Of a stretch of 64,000 nt of DNA, positions 21,540-33,349 are shown piece after piece. Within the stretch, counting starts at the first letter, position 1. Each line of letters begins with the position of its first letter. The stretch comes from Macrostomum hystrix (lineage: Eukaryota > Animalia > Platyhelminthes). The position numbers and the translations under genes were made by a program. The notes beneath the pieces are model-generated. The model saw only the letters and a program-made list of their open reading frames with translations. It made no database searches and was not told where the DNA came from. The stretch covers positions 285,452 through 349,451 of the forward strand of contig CATNEN010000040.1 in NCBI GenBank assembly GCA_950097015.1. The letters run 5' to 3'.

Positions 21540-22080
21540 TGGATGGTACCTTGGCTGTTGCGTCCAGAGGACAAGGCTCAAGTGCATCGAATGCTCAGTC
21601 AAAGAAGATATATACTATCGACTTGGGACTTAACGAGATGGATATTCCGATAGCCCAAAGCCCAATTAGCAGTCCAAGCAAGTTCCGTTCTGAACGCTCT
21701 GCAGCGATGTCTCTGTGCCCTTGGATGCTGAAGGAGTTGTAATGGCTGATGTCTTGGAAGACCAGCGGACAACCAATGCAGAATGCAGTCTATTTTGAGT
21801 CCCTGCTGCGAAAAGAACTGTGGAAAGAACTGACTAGAAAGCGGCTTAGAAATAATCTTTGTCGGCGATTCCGATTCCACCATCACAACGCAACTGCACA
21901 CTGCATATTCACATCGAGATGTCTAGATGCGTGAATTTTTTAGCTGTCAAGAAGGATGCTGCACCGGGGTGTCAGCCACCAGTGTCCAAATTTCTATTCA
22001 TGTCGCTATTCAGGAGCGACGGCGCCACCGCATCGAGAAGTGTCTAATTATGGATGGGGGCTATCACGAAAAATGTCTCT
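21540..22080 (+). pseudogene. Degraded mariner-type transposase relic
   Basis: Frameshifted fragments: PSKFRSERSA; LDAEGVVMADVLEDQRTTNAE; YFESLLRKELWKELTRKR...FHHHNATAH; RIEKCLIMDGGYHEK. These follow the mariner FWD..G...D, HDNA..H and KC...G.Y.EK motifs. Confidence 0.7.
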
Positions 22081-22372
22081 TTATTAGGATTTTTCTAAGA
22101 AAAGCTATTTATCATCATTTCTATTCTACTGACCGTCGTACAGCTCACACGAGCATTGAACAGCATATTCAACTAACAGATTTTACTTTGGCAAGGATAA
22201 ATAAGATCTCTGAGGCCACAGTTTTAGGGAAGAAAAATCAATGATTTATATCTAGCAAAGCAAACTCATCCAGGAGTATTATTCGCAAAACAGACTACTC
22301 ACACAAGTAGATTAACAAGAATGTATATAAGGAAATGCATGGCAAAAATGGAAAAATGCTGTTAAAGCTATA

Positions 22373-23710
22373 TTAAAGAGGCCGCGATCGCAAAAGCAGC
22401 AGGGAGTGCTGCCGCGGATCCGCAAACTCCGGCAGCGGCTGAACATCCTCGCAGCGCCATTCCAGCCAATCAGAAGATGCCGCCGCCTTCACTCGATCGA
22501 AGAAGGCCACCTCGCCAGCCAATCCGCGCCGCTTGTAAACAAACGCGCAGACAAGGCCGGCGGCATACGATCGCGATTTCAAAAGCGGCAGCAGAATGAC
22601 ATCAAACAGCGCCACCGAGGCGGCAACATCAAAGAACAAATCGGCGCCAATCACAGCCAGCCAATCGCGGCCAAGAAGCAGCTCGTGATCTGGCCGGGCC
22701 CAGTCCAGGGCGGCAACTTCAATCGCGCTTAACTCCGGGATTGTGGCGGAGTTGGCGGCGAGTGAGTGGCGCAGATGCGGCAGAGCGTTGACGGCGTCGG
22801 TGGCGACCACGTTGGCACCGCGACAGGCGCAAACTAGCGAGGGCAGGCCGCAGCCGGCGCCCAGCTCCAGGACGGGCCGGGTCTGGCCGGATAGTGAACG
22901 GAGCTCAGGCGGCAGGCAGTCGGCTGAGCGGTCAATTAGAGAGGCCTGTATTGTTCGCGAAGTGGGAAACGTAGGATTCTCTACTCTACTCTCACCTCAT
23001 TCTTGCTAATTCATTTTCCCATATTCTTTCTTCACAGTTTTCTCTATATTCATTTTGCCTTCTTAACTATCACTTTTTCTTCTCTCCTCATCTCTTTCCG
23101 GTTTTCCCGTTTATCATCTCTTACAGTATCTATTCTCCGCTTCTTATCTCTCCCTATTCTCCGCTTCTTATCTCTCCCTATTCTCCGCTTCTTATCTCTC
23201 CCTATTCTCCGCTTCTTATCTCTCCCTATTCTCCGCTTCTTATCTCTCCCTATTCTCCGCTTCTTATCTCTCCCTATTCTCTGCTTCTTATCTCTCCCTA
23301 TTCTCCGCTTCTTATCTCTCCCTATTCTCCGCTTCTTAACTCTCCCTATTCTCCGCTTCTTATCTCTCCCTATTGTCCGCTTCTTATCTCTCCCTATTGT
23401 CCGCTTCTTATCTCTCCCTATTCTCCGCTTCTTATCTCTCCCTACTCTATCCTCCTAATCTCACTCTATTCTCCCCTTCTCATATCTCCTTATTCTCCCC
23501 TTCCCATCTCTCCCTACTCTCCCCCCAGCTCACCAGCAGGAAGCCGGCACTCCACAGCCGCAGTCCTGTGTTACCCTGGGCGGGTCCAATTGGGCCGCTA
23601 GTCAAGTCCTGCCGAACCGCCAGACGCCGGCCGGCCAAACAGAAGTTGCGCAGCGGACTGTCGCGCTCGTCGGCGTAGGGACTGTCGAAACGCCAGGGCA
23701 CTAGCGACAT
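22373..23710 (-). CDS. METTL21/VCPKMT-family protein lysine methyltransferase (249 aa); exons 23534-23710 and 22373-22945
   Basis: GNTGLRLWSAGFLL, VLELGAGCG, VATD, LDW and IGADLFFD motifs; phase-0 intron. Confidence 0.85.
23130..23520. repeat. Intronic minisatellite, 24-bp unit (ctattctccgcttcttatctctcc)
   Basis: Fills the methyltransferase intron. Confidence 0.93.
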
Positions 23711-24370
23711 GGTAGGCGGTCAGGTAGATTGGGGAACGGCCTGTCCTGGCTGAAAGCTGTTTGGGTTTTTAATACATTTAATTTTATAGTAGTAAGCTTT
23801 TAAATATAATTTAAAATGACTTTTTTTAAACTACGAATGTTCTTGTTCTAATACTGTAGAAGAAAAAATCATTTGGATTTGTAAGTGAAGATTATATAGA
23901 AGTAAAATAGTGAGATAAAAATAGCGAATGTATCTTTTTAATACCGGAAAAAAGACATTAACTAGTGACAGAAATAAAAAAATTCATAAAAACTTTAAGA
24001 AAAGTGCAAAGCTAGAAGAGTACCAAAATAGAAGATAAAAAACTATAGTTACAAGAAGTCTTAAAAAATAAAAAAGTCTACGAAAGCATTTAGCTCGTGT
24101 ATAAGAGTAGCAAAAATCAAATCAACATTTTTATGTGAAAAAACGCGAAAATTTCCTATCTCGCTAGTGCATTTTGCGTTAAAATCTGCCTTTTAAAATT
24201 TTTCCAAGAAACAAAGTGTCCCGTAATTCTTCTAATGGTCCTTGGTGCAGCAATCATCGCAGCATTATAGCGTTCTAGCATTAGGATGCGATTCAGAACA
24301 TAATTGTTTCCCCGAACCACAGATCTAAGAAGCTAGGGATAAGTCATATGCGATTCAAGTTATGTAGACA

Positions 24371-24434
24371 TGAGCAGCTGCTCCACCGAGGGAACGTCCT
24401 CGTCTGAACCTGTGTCTTCTGAGGCGGCTGCCAT
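24371..24434 (-). pseudogene. 5' relic of a TRIM-like gene (MAAASEDTGSDEDVPSVEQLL, then truncated)
   Basis: Nearly identical to the start of the gene at 31598; the adjoining DNA up to ~25570 is homologous to ~31600-32255. Confidence 0.85.
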
Positions 24435-24585
24435 TTGTCTGAAAATTAAATTGTTCGAAAAGGCAGTCAGGAAAATGTATTCCACGAAATTCGAAACTTA
24501 AGAGCATTTAGCTTAGATAAACCAACGGATGAATGGGTAAATTCCTTATGCCTTAAAAAACTGCAGAACTATTGAAAAAATAACA

Positions 24586-24895
24586 ATAATAGTAATAATA
24601 ATAATAATAATTGATTATATCTGCCCCAATTGGGCCAGATGTGCAGCCGACAGCACAGCCGCAGCTATTGCGCGGCGCATCTGAAGGTCGCGCACAGCTG
24701 TTAAGTCCATGGACTGGGGGGACGCCACACCTACCTACAATTACCCCAGCTGGGTGAACTGAAGCAATGCAGAGTTAAGTGCTTTGCTAAAGGACACAAA
24801 TTGTTCCAGTGGAGTCGGGAATCGAACCCCTCGGCCTTCAAGTCGTGAGTCGAACGCCCAAGTCTAACTACAAGGAACTACAAGGCTACAACCCC
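24586..24895 (-). mobile_element. SINE family A, near full length
   Basis: Reverse complement of 33035-33349, with (att)n tail; absent from the paralogous segment near 31730. Confidence 0.88.
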
Positions 24896-25770
24896 ATGAT
24901 AGCAGAATAATCAGAGCTATATACCAATAGCAGTATAATTCTGCCATTTGAATGTATTATATCTTCGTAGATATAATATATTACTCAGCTATTGGCAGCA
25001 GTATAATTCTGCCATTTGTCCTACTATAAATACAGAAATGCGTGTACGAGTACAAATACCTACAAAAAACTACAATATTGCATATTGATAACGCTCGATA
25101 AAATTATTATTCTTGCTGAAGAAAATAGTAATTAAAAACACAGAAAGGCGATTTAAACAAAAAAACAAAAAATTGACGTCCTCACTTTGCTATTATATTT
25201 GAGCAGAAAAAGACAACAAGCTTAATGAAAAGGCCTGTGGTAGCCAAATAGATAGCTTAGCCATGAAAATCAAATGCTGAAGTATATATTGCCAAGAGTA
25301 AACAATAAATCACATAGCCACTGCTGATAATTAAGAAGTAGCTGTAGCACCTAACAATGAAATGCCCTTTCTATTACATCACATTATCATACTTTTAAAC
25401 AGAAAGAACGCAAATTTTAATAGCTAGTCAAGCTAGAGATACTACGCTCGTAGCTAGATAGTAATAGCTAGAAATACAGATGCTAATCGAATGTTTCAGA
25501 AGTACAGGGTAGCAGAAACATTCCCTGATAATTTACTTATAATTCATCAAACAAACCAAATGAGCTCTAATGCTCAATCTGTCTTTCTTGCGACTATAAA
25601 AACATTGATAGCATCGTCAGGCACAACTTAAAGAACAATAGAATTGATCATCACTAGAATGATCAGTAGAAAAACCTAGAAATTTAACAACTAATAAAAA
25701 TATAGCCCAAGTCTTAACACACAGACACACGGTTGCAATCGACTCCGTCAAGACCGCAAAAATCAGAAAA

Positions 25771-27606
25771 TCACATTGCTGAAGCGTCGATGGAGACAAA
25801 CTCGATCGACCTGCCCGAAGCGCTGATCAGAAGCAGCAAGTCGCGGTTCCCCATCCGCACTAAAGTCGACGCTCTCGACACTGGACTCTTCAATTCGAGA
25901 GCCTGGAGCACCTGGCTGCTACTTCTCAATGCAACAATTCGCTTGCCCTCGACTAGAACTGCTCCGCCGTTCCCAGCACTGAACAGTGCCACACCTGGAT
26001 CCACGGCAGTCCGACGGCGCCGACCCAGCAGCTTAGTGAGCTGCGGCAGCTCCGAGACCAAGCGACTGTCGACGTCTACTCTGGACAGCGTGCCATCACC
26101 TGGATCAACCAGAATGAAGTTCGGGCAGACTGAGAACACTGACGTGAATGAAGAGGCCGAGAGGGCAACACTGCGAATCTGCTGCAGATTTTTAGAATCG
26201 TAAACAGAAACGTAGGAAACATCATAGAGCGAGTGATACACCATAATCTGATCCGACTGGTGGCTGTAGTTCCACAGTTTGGAGTTTTCAATTTCAACTG
26301 ATTTTAACGACTGGCCACACGCACTCGCAGTAAAAAGTCCATAATGATGCGCAACAATGAAACCTAGCGAACATCCGAAAATAGCATGGAAGTTATCTAC
26401 ATTCCTAAAAGGGAAGGGAAAACAAATACGGACTACTGCACCAAAAATTAGCTGGCATTCTGGAAAACTAAATAGCTGAAACTCGCGAGATGAGCGATTC
26501 GACTGGAACTGCACAAATATAATGGACTTTGGAAGCTTTACACTCTCTTTGTCATGCTGAGTTGCGAAAACTCTTAATTTCGAATCCATCCACAGACTAA
26601 CATCTGACAAGCAGACAGCGTGCACTGGGACTCCAGAAAACACAACAGGCTTAGCATCCATAACCAGCAAGGGGGTCTCAGGCGAAAGTGTTCGATTAAG
26701 AATAGGCTCTAAAATGTCGCACATCTTCTCAAAATCGTCTTGAAGAACCTCAACGCTGCACTCAGCAGCTGACTTCACCTCATCAGAGACTGTTGCGAGT
26801 GACGCATCCAGGTGCTCCAGCTGCCGCAGAGCTCTCCTCGTCTCCTCAACCAGCTGCACAGCACTGCGACCATTCTCAGACTCAGACGCGTCAGAATCAA
26901 AGCTCGACTGAAACTGCTCAAGCTTCGCTCGCACCGACTCGAAACTCTCAATGCAGCTCGAGCATCTCTCAATGTCAATCCGAACTGCCTTCGTTGCCAA
27001 CGTCTCTGCGTCCTCAAGCAGCTCTCTCAGCCCATCAAACTTGGACTCCACCACTTGCAGTGTGGCCTCAACACTCTGCTTTTTGTTTGCTGCCTCTGCA
27101 AGACCTGCTGCTAAACGGCTTGCTGGCGACAGTGCATCAGCGACTGGCTCTCTCAGTGAGGCGATCTCTGCGGACAGCTTGTCCTGCTCCACCCTGAGAT
27201 GCTGCTTGCACATGGCTTGGTTGGAGTAAACGGACACATCCTTCCACTGATTCTGACATCCCTGGGATGAGCACAGCTGTAGTGACGGTTCAGCACCTTT
27301 ATCTTTCACAGACTTGTTCGAGAGCTTGGATGCAATTTTTACGGTTCTTGTAAACTGCAGCTTGGTAGCATCGCGCTTCAACTTCAAGGATTCCGAGGGA
27401 AGCTGAAGTGACACCTGGCACACACGGCAACTCCCAGAGCACCAGTCGCTGGCATTTCTGATTGAGTCTACACAGGTGAGACAGACAGAGTGAGAGCAAG
27501 GCAGCAGTCTAGGATCAGACACCATTTGCTGGCACACTGAGCAGGTGAGCAGCTCCTCCACGGATGGCACGGAATCGCCATCTTCTTCTGACAAAGCGGT
27601 TGCCAT
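25771..27606 (-). CDS. Intronless RING/TRIM-like protein 1 (611 aa): RING, degenerate B-box-like segment, coiled coil, beta-rich C-terminus
   Basis: CSVC...LPCSHSVCLTC...CRVC RING; long intact ORF; paralog at 29727-31598. Confidence 0.85.
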   Translation of the reverse strand: MATALSEEDGDSVPSVEELLTCSVCQQMVSDPRLLPCSHSVCLTCVDSIRNASDWCSGSCRVCQVSLQLPSESLKLKRDATKLQFTRTVKIASKLSNKSVKDKGAEPSLQLCSSQGCQNQWKDVSVYSNQAMCKQHLRVEQDKLSAEIASLREPVADALSPASRLAAGLAEAANKKQSVEATLQVVESKFDGLRELLEDAETLATKAVRIDIERCSSCIESFESVRAKLEQFQSSFDSDASESENGRSAVQLVEETRRALRQLEHLDASLATVSDEVKSAAECSVEVLQDDFEKMCDILEPILNRTLSPETPLLVMDAKPVVFSGVPVHAVCLSDVSLWMDSKLRVFATQHDKESVKLPKSIIFVQFQSNRSSREFQLFSFPECQLIFGAVVRICFPFPFRNVDNFHAIFGCSLGFIVAHHYGLFTASACGQSLKSVEIENSKLWNYSHQSDQIMVYHSLYDVSYVSVYDSKNLQQIRSVALSASSFTSVFSVCPNFILVDPGDGTLSRVDVDSRLVSELPQLTKLLGRRRRTAVDPGVALFSAGNGGAVLVEGKRIVALRSSSQVLQALELKSPVSRASTLVRMGNRDLLLLISASGRSIEFVSIDASAM

Positions 27607-29726
27607 GCAAGCCTGCTGAAATGTCGATTATTTAAAAAACTGCCCAGCAATTAAAAAAATACAAATAGCAGTATAACCCTACCATAAAACACCATGTACG
27701 AGTACAAATACCTAACTATCTAACTGACTAACTATAGTGATGCTGTTGTGCAATGAATGAAAATGAAACACGAAAATACTAGCTAATTAGCTCCTATTGA
27801 AACTATTCAGCATTAATTTAGTAGAAGGATTGATACATACTTTGCACCTATCTTGGAAGAGAGTAGCAAAGAGAGAAAAAGTTTGAATCTGCTTCCGGCC
27901 AGAATGGAACACATGAGATGTAGCCACTCACACCAAATGCGTTCTAGCGTAGTCTCTCCAACGCACCGCTTCCTATGTGTTGATTTGCTAAACACAGGCT
28001 ACCAATGACAGCTTAACAACACGCTATATATATATATATATAACATACGAAAGTGCAAAGCAGTCAACCGTTTTCCCACTACCTTAGCTTCTTCCAACTC
28101 CTAGCCTCGCTAGAAAATCAATCTAAAGTTATAATAGTCAACCAGACTACGGACTCAATCACATAGACAACAGGCCTTAGCCTTGAACTACTGAATATTC
28201 GACGAGTCTGATAAGTACCACGTTCCTGACTGCTTCTTACTTAGTATTCTGATTGCTCACCATCATTGTGCATTGCTTGAACAACACCAGTAATACGATT
28301 GGAAATATAACACCCAAGAGAAGGTTTAACACCGCTGGAAACTCGAGTTGAACTTGCCGCTCATTGACTCAACATAGGATATACGTATTTAGAACAGAGA
28401 GTTAGAGAGCATCATAGAGAAGATAACAATAAAGTATATCACACAGATTTCAGTCAGCTCTGTGAATGGATGCTATGGAAAAGGCAGTCATGTTTAATGA
28501 TCAGCTAATCCTATCAGTGGTATAATCACAATGTGGGCAGCTTTTTGATCCTGTTCTATGAGTAACACCAAAGCAAGCATTCTAATTTTCAATTAGCTTT
28601 CTAATTTGAATATTTGCTAGGGTCTATCGTCTATCTAATACGTCTATATAATTCTAGCCTACCAAATAAAAGCATTCAGAATTTTTAATCAAAGAACAAA
28701 AAAAATTGACACAACTGATTCAACCGGCAAAAACGTTTTGCGGTTACATTTGGATCGTATATCGGCCTATATCTGCAGCTAGGCACATGAGAATCAATGA
28801 CAAAAAAACTGGCAAGAATAAAAATATTAGGTTTGTAAAAATTTATTGGAATAAAAGGTTAGTGTTACTAAAGCGAAAGAGCAGCATAAACGTTTAAAGA
28901 CTTGGATAATCACATGGTGACAAAGTACTGTGTGGCACGATTAGCAAAAGCACTTCCTTTACAATCGAGTTTTTGCTAGAAAATACTCGATTCATAATAA
29001 GTGCTAGCAAGAGCCATAAAAAAAAGCATTCAAGGATGGTGTCCTGTGCGCTTAAAAAGGCATGAAAGATAAAAGACTGACTTGTCAACTTTGCTTTTGT
29101 AGATAGCATCCTCTTTTTGGATTAAAAGGTTTAAGCTTTATTGACTCATCTAAACGACCTGTTAAAAAGCATAATTTTGTCCCGGGATTCCGTTAATTTC
29201 AATCAGATTAATACCACCAGAATCATTGACCACTAATTTTCTCTTGAGATAAGAAACAAGGACATAAGAAGTCTACAAAGCGGTAACAGTTTAGGGTTCT
29301 GTAAATTCTACCGGATTTGGTCTTCTGGCAGTGTACCTAGATTTTGAATCCAGCAAGTGCGTGTACCAGAATCAATACAATGCTACTGAAAAGCAATGCA
29401 ACAAGCTTACAATTAAAGTCCGGACTACTTTTTTTTAATTTTACTGTGTCATAAGTTTATGGTCATTTGATTGAGAAGCAGGAAAAATAAATTAAAAAAA
29501 TACGCTTGATATATATTTCACTAAAAAAACATGTTTCTTTTAGCCATGTACTTAAGCTTGATTAAAGAAGCAAAAATACAATAGTAAAAAATCTAGAGCT
29601 GTACGAGCCTGAAAAAGACTGAAGAACAGTATTATCGAAAAGAAGTCCTATCGAACTACATCGCAGTAATATGCTTATACTCCTACATGCAGAGAAAACA
29701 AAATGTCCAGATCTGATGTTTAGTTA

Positions 29727-31598
29727 CTACTTCTGAGAATTAATGGACAGCAGCTCGATTGATTTGTTTGACGTGCTGTATACCAAAATGTACTCTTTGT
29801 TCTCGATGCAAACTTTAGTGAAGGAATCTAGCAATACAGCGCGACGCAGTTTTACAATTTCCAGAACATCACCTTGACTATTGAATGTAAAAATATGCGA
29901 GCCTTCAATTAGTATGTAGGCGTTGCCACCAGCATCGGATAGCATTTGAAATCTAGAAAAAAAATGATTGAATTCTTTTAACTGCGCAAGTTTTGTGACA
30001 GCGCGAATATTGGGATCAATCAAACTGACTTCTTTATCGCCCAAATCAGCTAATATGTATCGAGTGCTAATGGCAAATATAGCAGAGCAAGCCAAGGCGG
30101 ACAACGGCAAAAATCTTGTCAGTTGAAGATCATTGGTGTAGATGAAAATACCATTGCCTCGCGAATATGTGACCAGCTGTTCTGAGGCTGAACAAAACGA
30201 ACACAAATTCGACGGTTTGGTCTTGACAAACTTAACAAATTCACCACTGGCAGAAATGATCCACAGGCACGCACTATGCGCAACGATAAAATAGCAGCGA
30301 GAAGAAACACCAAAAAAACCTTTTATAACATATGGTCTACAATTAATTACCATAATATTAGAGGCGTGTGGGCCCTTCTCAACCGGAAACTGTATCTTGT
30401 ACATCGCACCAAAGATTACATCGCAATAAGGAAACGAAAAAAACTGCATTTCAGCATCAGCGGTGTCGCCATTTTGAAACATAAAGACAAGAATCGAATC
30501 CGAAATCTTTACTGACATTGGAGGCACTTTACCATCTGATGGCACGGGGACAGCACGTGAATTACTATCCAACATAAGGTTCGTATTAGTTAAACAAGTC
30601 ACAAATTTCGGTTCAATCAAATGAACTACAGGCCTTGTATCAACAACCGATAGCACGGAGAGACAAGAAACTGTTTTGTCGACCAGGACCTCCATTTTAC
30701 TTCCCAGTCTCTCCAACTCAGTCCGAAAGACGTCGGTACTTTTCTCAGCAGCTGACTTCACCTCATCAGAGACTGTTGCGAATGACGTATCCAGGTGCTC
30801 CAGCTGCCACAGAGCTCTCCTCGTCTCCTCAACCAGCTGCACAGCACTGCGACCATTCTCAGACTCAGACGCGTCAGACTCAAATCTCGACTGAAACTGC
30901 TCAAGCTTCGCTCGCACCGACTCGAAGCTCTCAATGCAGCTCGAGCATCTCTCAATGTCAATCCGAACTGCCTTCGTTGCCAACGTCTCTGCGTCCTCAA
31001 GCAGCTCTCTCAGCCCACCAAACTTGGACTCCACCTCTTGCAGTGTGGCCTCAACACTCTGCTTTTTGTTCGCTGCCTCTACAAGACCTGCTGCTAAACG
31101 GCTTGCTGGCGACAGTGCATCAGCGACTGGCTCTCTCAGTGAGGCGATCTCTGCGGACAGCTTGTCCTGCTCCACCCTGAGATGCTGCTCGCACATGGCT
31201 TGGTTGGAGTAAACGGACACATCCTTCCACTGATTCTGACATCCCTGGGATGAGCACAGCTGTAGTGACGGTACAGCACCTCTATCTTCCTCAGAGTCGT
31301 TTGATTTAAACAGCTTGGATGCAATTTTTACGGTTCTGGCTAACTGCAGTTTGGAAACATCTCGCTTGAGTTGAGAAGAGTCCGCTGGTAATTGCAGTTT
31401 TTGCAGACAAACACGGCAACTGCCTGAGCACTGGTCACTGGCATCTCTGAGTGAGTCCACGCATGTGAGGCAAACCGAGTGCCAGCATGGAAGGAACCTA
31501 GGATCGGATACCATGTGTTGGCACACGGAGCAGGTGAGCAGCTGCTCCACTGAGGGAACGTCCTCGTCTGAACCTGTGTCTTCTGAGGCGGCTGCCAT
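29727..31598 (-). CDS. Intronless RING/TRIM-like protein 2 (623 aa)
   Basis: CSVC...LPCWHSVCLTC...CRVC RING; central block almost identical to paralog 1; acceptor tttcag 4 nt before the ATG. Confidence 0.85.
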   Translation of the reverse strand: MAAASEDTGSDEDVPSVEQLLTCSVCQHMVSDPRFLPCWHSVCLTCVDSLRDASDQCSGSCRVCLQKLQLPADSSQLKRDVSKLQLARTVKIASKLFKSNDSEEDRGAVPSLQLCSSQGCQNQWKDVSVYSNQAMCEQHLRVEQDKLSAEIASLREPVADALSPASRLAAGLVEAANKKQSVEATLQEVESKFGGLRELLEDAETLATKAVRIDIERCSSCIESFESVRAKLEQFQSRFESDASESENGRSAVQLVEETRRALWQLEHLDTSFATVSDEVKSAAEKSTDVFRTELERLGSKMEVLVDKTVSCLSVLSVVDTRPVVHLIEPKFVTCLTNTNLMLDSNSRAVPVPSDGKVPPMSVKISDSILVFMFQNGDTADAEMQFFSFPYCDVIFGAMYKIQFPVEKGPHASNIMVINCRPYVIKGFFGVSSRCYFIVAHSACLWIISASGEFVKFVKTKPSNLCSFCSASEQLVTYSRGNGIFIYTNDLQLTRFLPLSALACSAIFAISTRYILADLGDKEVSLIDPNIRAVTKLAQLKEFNHFFSRFQMLSDAGGNAYILIEGSHIFTFNSQGDVLEIVKLRRAVLLDSFTKVCIENKEYILVYSTSNKSIELLSINSQK

Positions 31599-32299
31599 TT
31601 GTCTGAAAATTAAATTTTTCGAAAAGGCAGTCAGGAAAGTGTATTCACCGAAATTCGAAACTTAAGTGCATTTAGCCTAGATGGGTGAATTTATGCCCTA
31701 AAAACTGCACAACTATTTGAAAAATACTAATAATAGTATAATTTTACCATTACACATCATGTTAGAGTACAACTACCAACAAAAACCTAAAATTTCTGCA
31801 AACTGTTAACGCTATATTAATTATACTTCCTGTAAAAAGAGTGATAAAAGGCAAGTAAAAACTGAAATACGTTTAAACAAAAGCTTAAAAAATTGACGAC
31901 CTCACTTAGCTTTTTTATTTGAGCAGAAAAGGCAAATAAGCTTAACGAAAAGAACTTTGGTAGCCAAAAATAGGTACTCATAGCTTGGCCATGAAAATCA
32001 AATGCTGAAGTATATTTTGCCAAGAGTAAACATACAATCACATGGCCACTGCTGATATATAAAGAAGTAGTGGCAGCACTAATAATGAAATGTCCTTTCT
32101 TTTACATCACATTATAATACTTTTATGAAAGAAAGAACGCATTTTAATGGCTAGTCTAGAAGTAGATGCTAATCGAATGTTTCAGAAATACGGAATAGCT
32201 GAAACATTCCCTGACTATTCACCAAACATACATCAAACAAACCCAATGAGCTCCTATGCCAGTTGTTGTTTTGTGGTGTCCTTTTTAAGTTGAGTACCT

Positions 32300-32481
32300 C
32301 GCTTCGAATTTCTTACTTGAACACCTTAATGAATCTACACACAATAGACAAACAGAATGTGTGCATGTAAGGAACCTTGGATCGGAAACAATGCTCTGAC
32401 ACACAGACTCACAGAGAAAGTGAGCAGCGCTTCGACTGAGGATTAAAATTCGTTATCTTCGGTTCCATCGGCCGTAGCCAT
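32300..32481 (-). pseudogene. Degraded 5' relic of another TRIM-like copy
   Basis: MATADGTEDNEF*...VEALLTFS...IVSDPRFLTCTHSVCLLCVDSLR, with an early stop and a damaged RING. Confidence 0.75.
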
Positions 32482-33034
32482 TGCTTTTGTTAGCTGAAAT
32501 TCGAAATCAGAAATATACCAGATATGCTTTCATTTTACAGGTGAAGTTTATCTATCAAAGTAGCTAGTGGCCAAGTGGTTCAAGCTCAGAACTTCTAAGA
32601 CGCTTTGAACTTTGAGCCAATAAATGAAACAAACCAAGTGCTACACCAAGACATGGTGACAATACTTAATATGATATAAGGGCTGTCTGATTAAAAAGCA
32701 GGTGCTTTTAAGAAAATGCCTTATGATTAGGTTTGGCCAGGACTGGCATCAAGGTTTTGTTACAGGTAGACTTGCTATTTCTAAAAGTCAAATCAATAAT
32801 TGCTGGTTACAGATTTTAGACACAACTGCAAAGGTAAAGACTGTCTATGAGCTATGAGCAGGTAGAAAACATTTTCCCATTTTACCCTTTATGAAGGCTT
32901 AAAAACTCAATCTTTCTATGGACAAAGAGGGTTACTCAAATTTCTTCCTCAATTAATATTGGCATATAAAATTTAAAGCTTATTGTCAATGAAATGAATC
33001 AATAGGGAATCCAGGTACTTTGTTGAATGACATG

Positions 33035-33349
33035 CAGAGGTTGTAGCCTAGTGGTTAGGGCGTCGGACTCACGACTTGAAGGTCGGGGGTTCGATTCCCG
33101 ACTCCACTGGAACAATTTGCATCCTTTAGCAAGACACTTAACTCTGCATTGCTTCAGTTCACCCAGCTGTTAAATGGGTACCAGCATCAGCTGGGATAAT
33201 TGAAGGTGGGTGTGGCGTCCCCCCAGTCCGAGGACTGAACAGCTGTACACAGCCTTCAGATGCGCCGCGCATTAGCTGCGGCTGTGCTGTCGGCTGCACA
33301 TCTGACCCAATTGGGGCAGGTGTAATCAATTATTATTATTATTATTATC
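33035..33349 (+). mobile_element. SINE family A, full length, CORE-like central domain
   Basis: A box TAGCCTAGTGG; B box GGTTCGATTCC; central cctttagcaagacacttaactctgcattgcttcagttcacccagctgttaaatggg; (att)n tail; 9-bp TSD aatgacatg (33026-33034, 33350-33358). Confidence 0.9.

Noticed and set aside
28180-29200. Possible decayed TRIM C-terminal fragments between the two intact paralogs
   Set aside because: Only vague resemblance by eye; needs TBLASTN
33037-33110. Possible tRNA-Val(CAC) gene
   Set aside because: Poor anticodon and acceptor stems, and it continues into a SINE body with tail and TSD, so it is a SINE head
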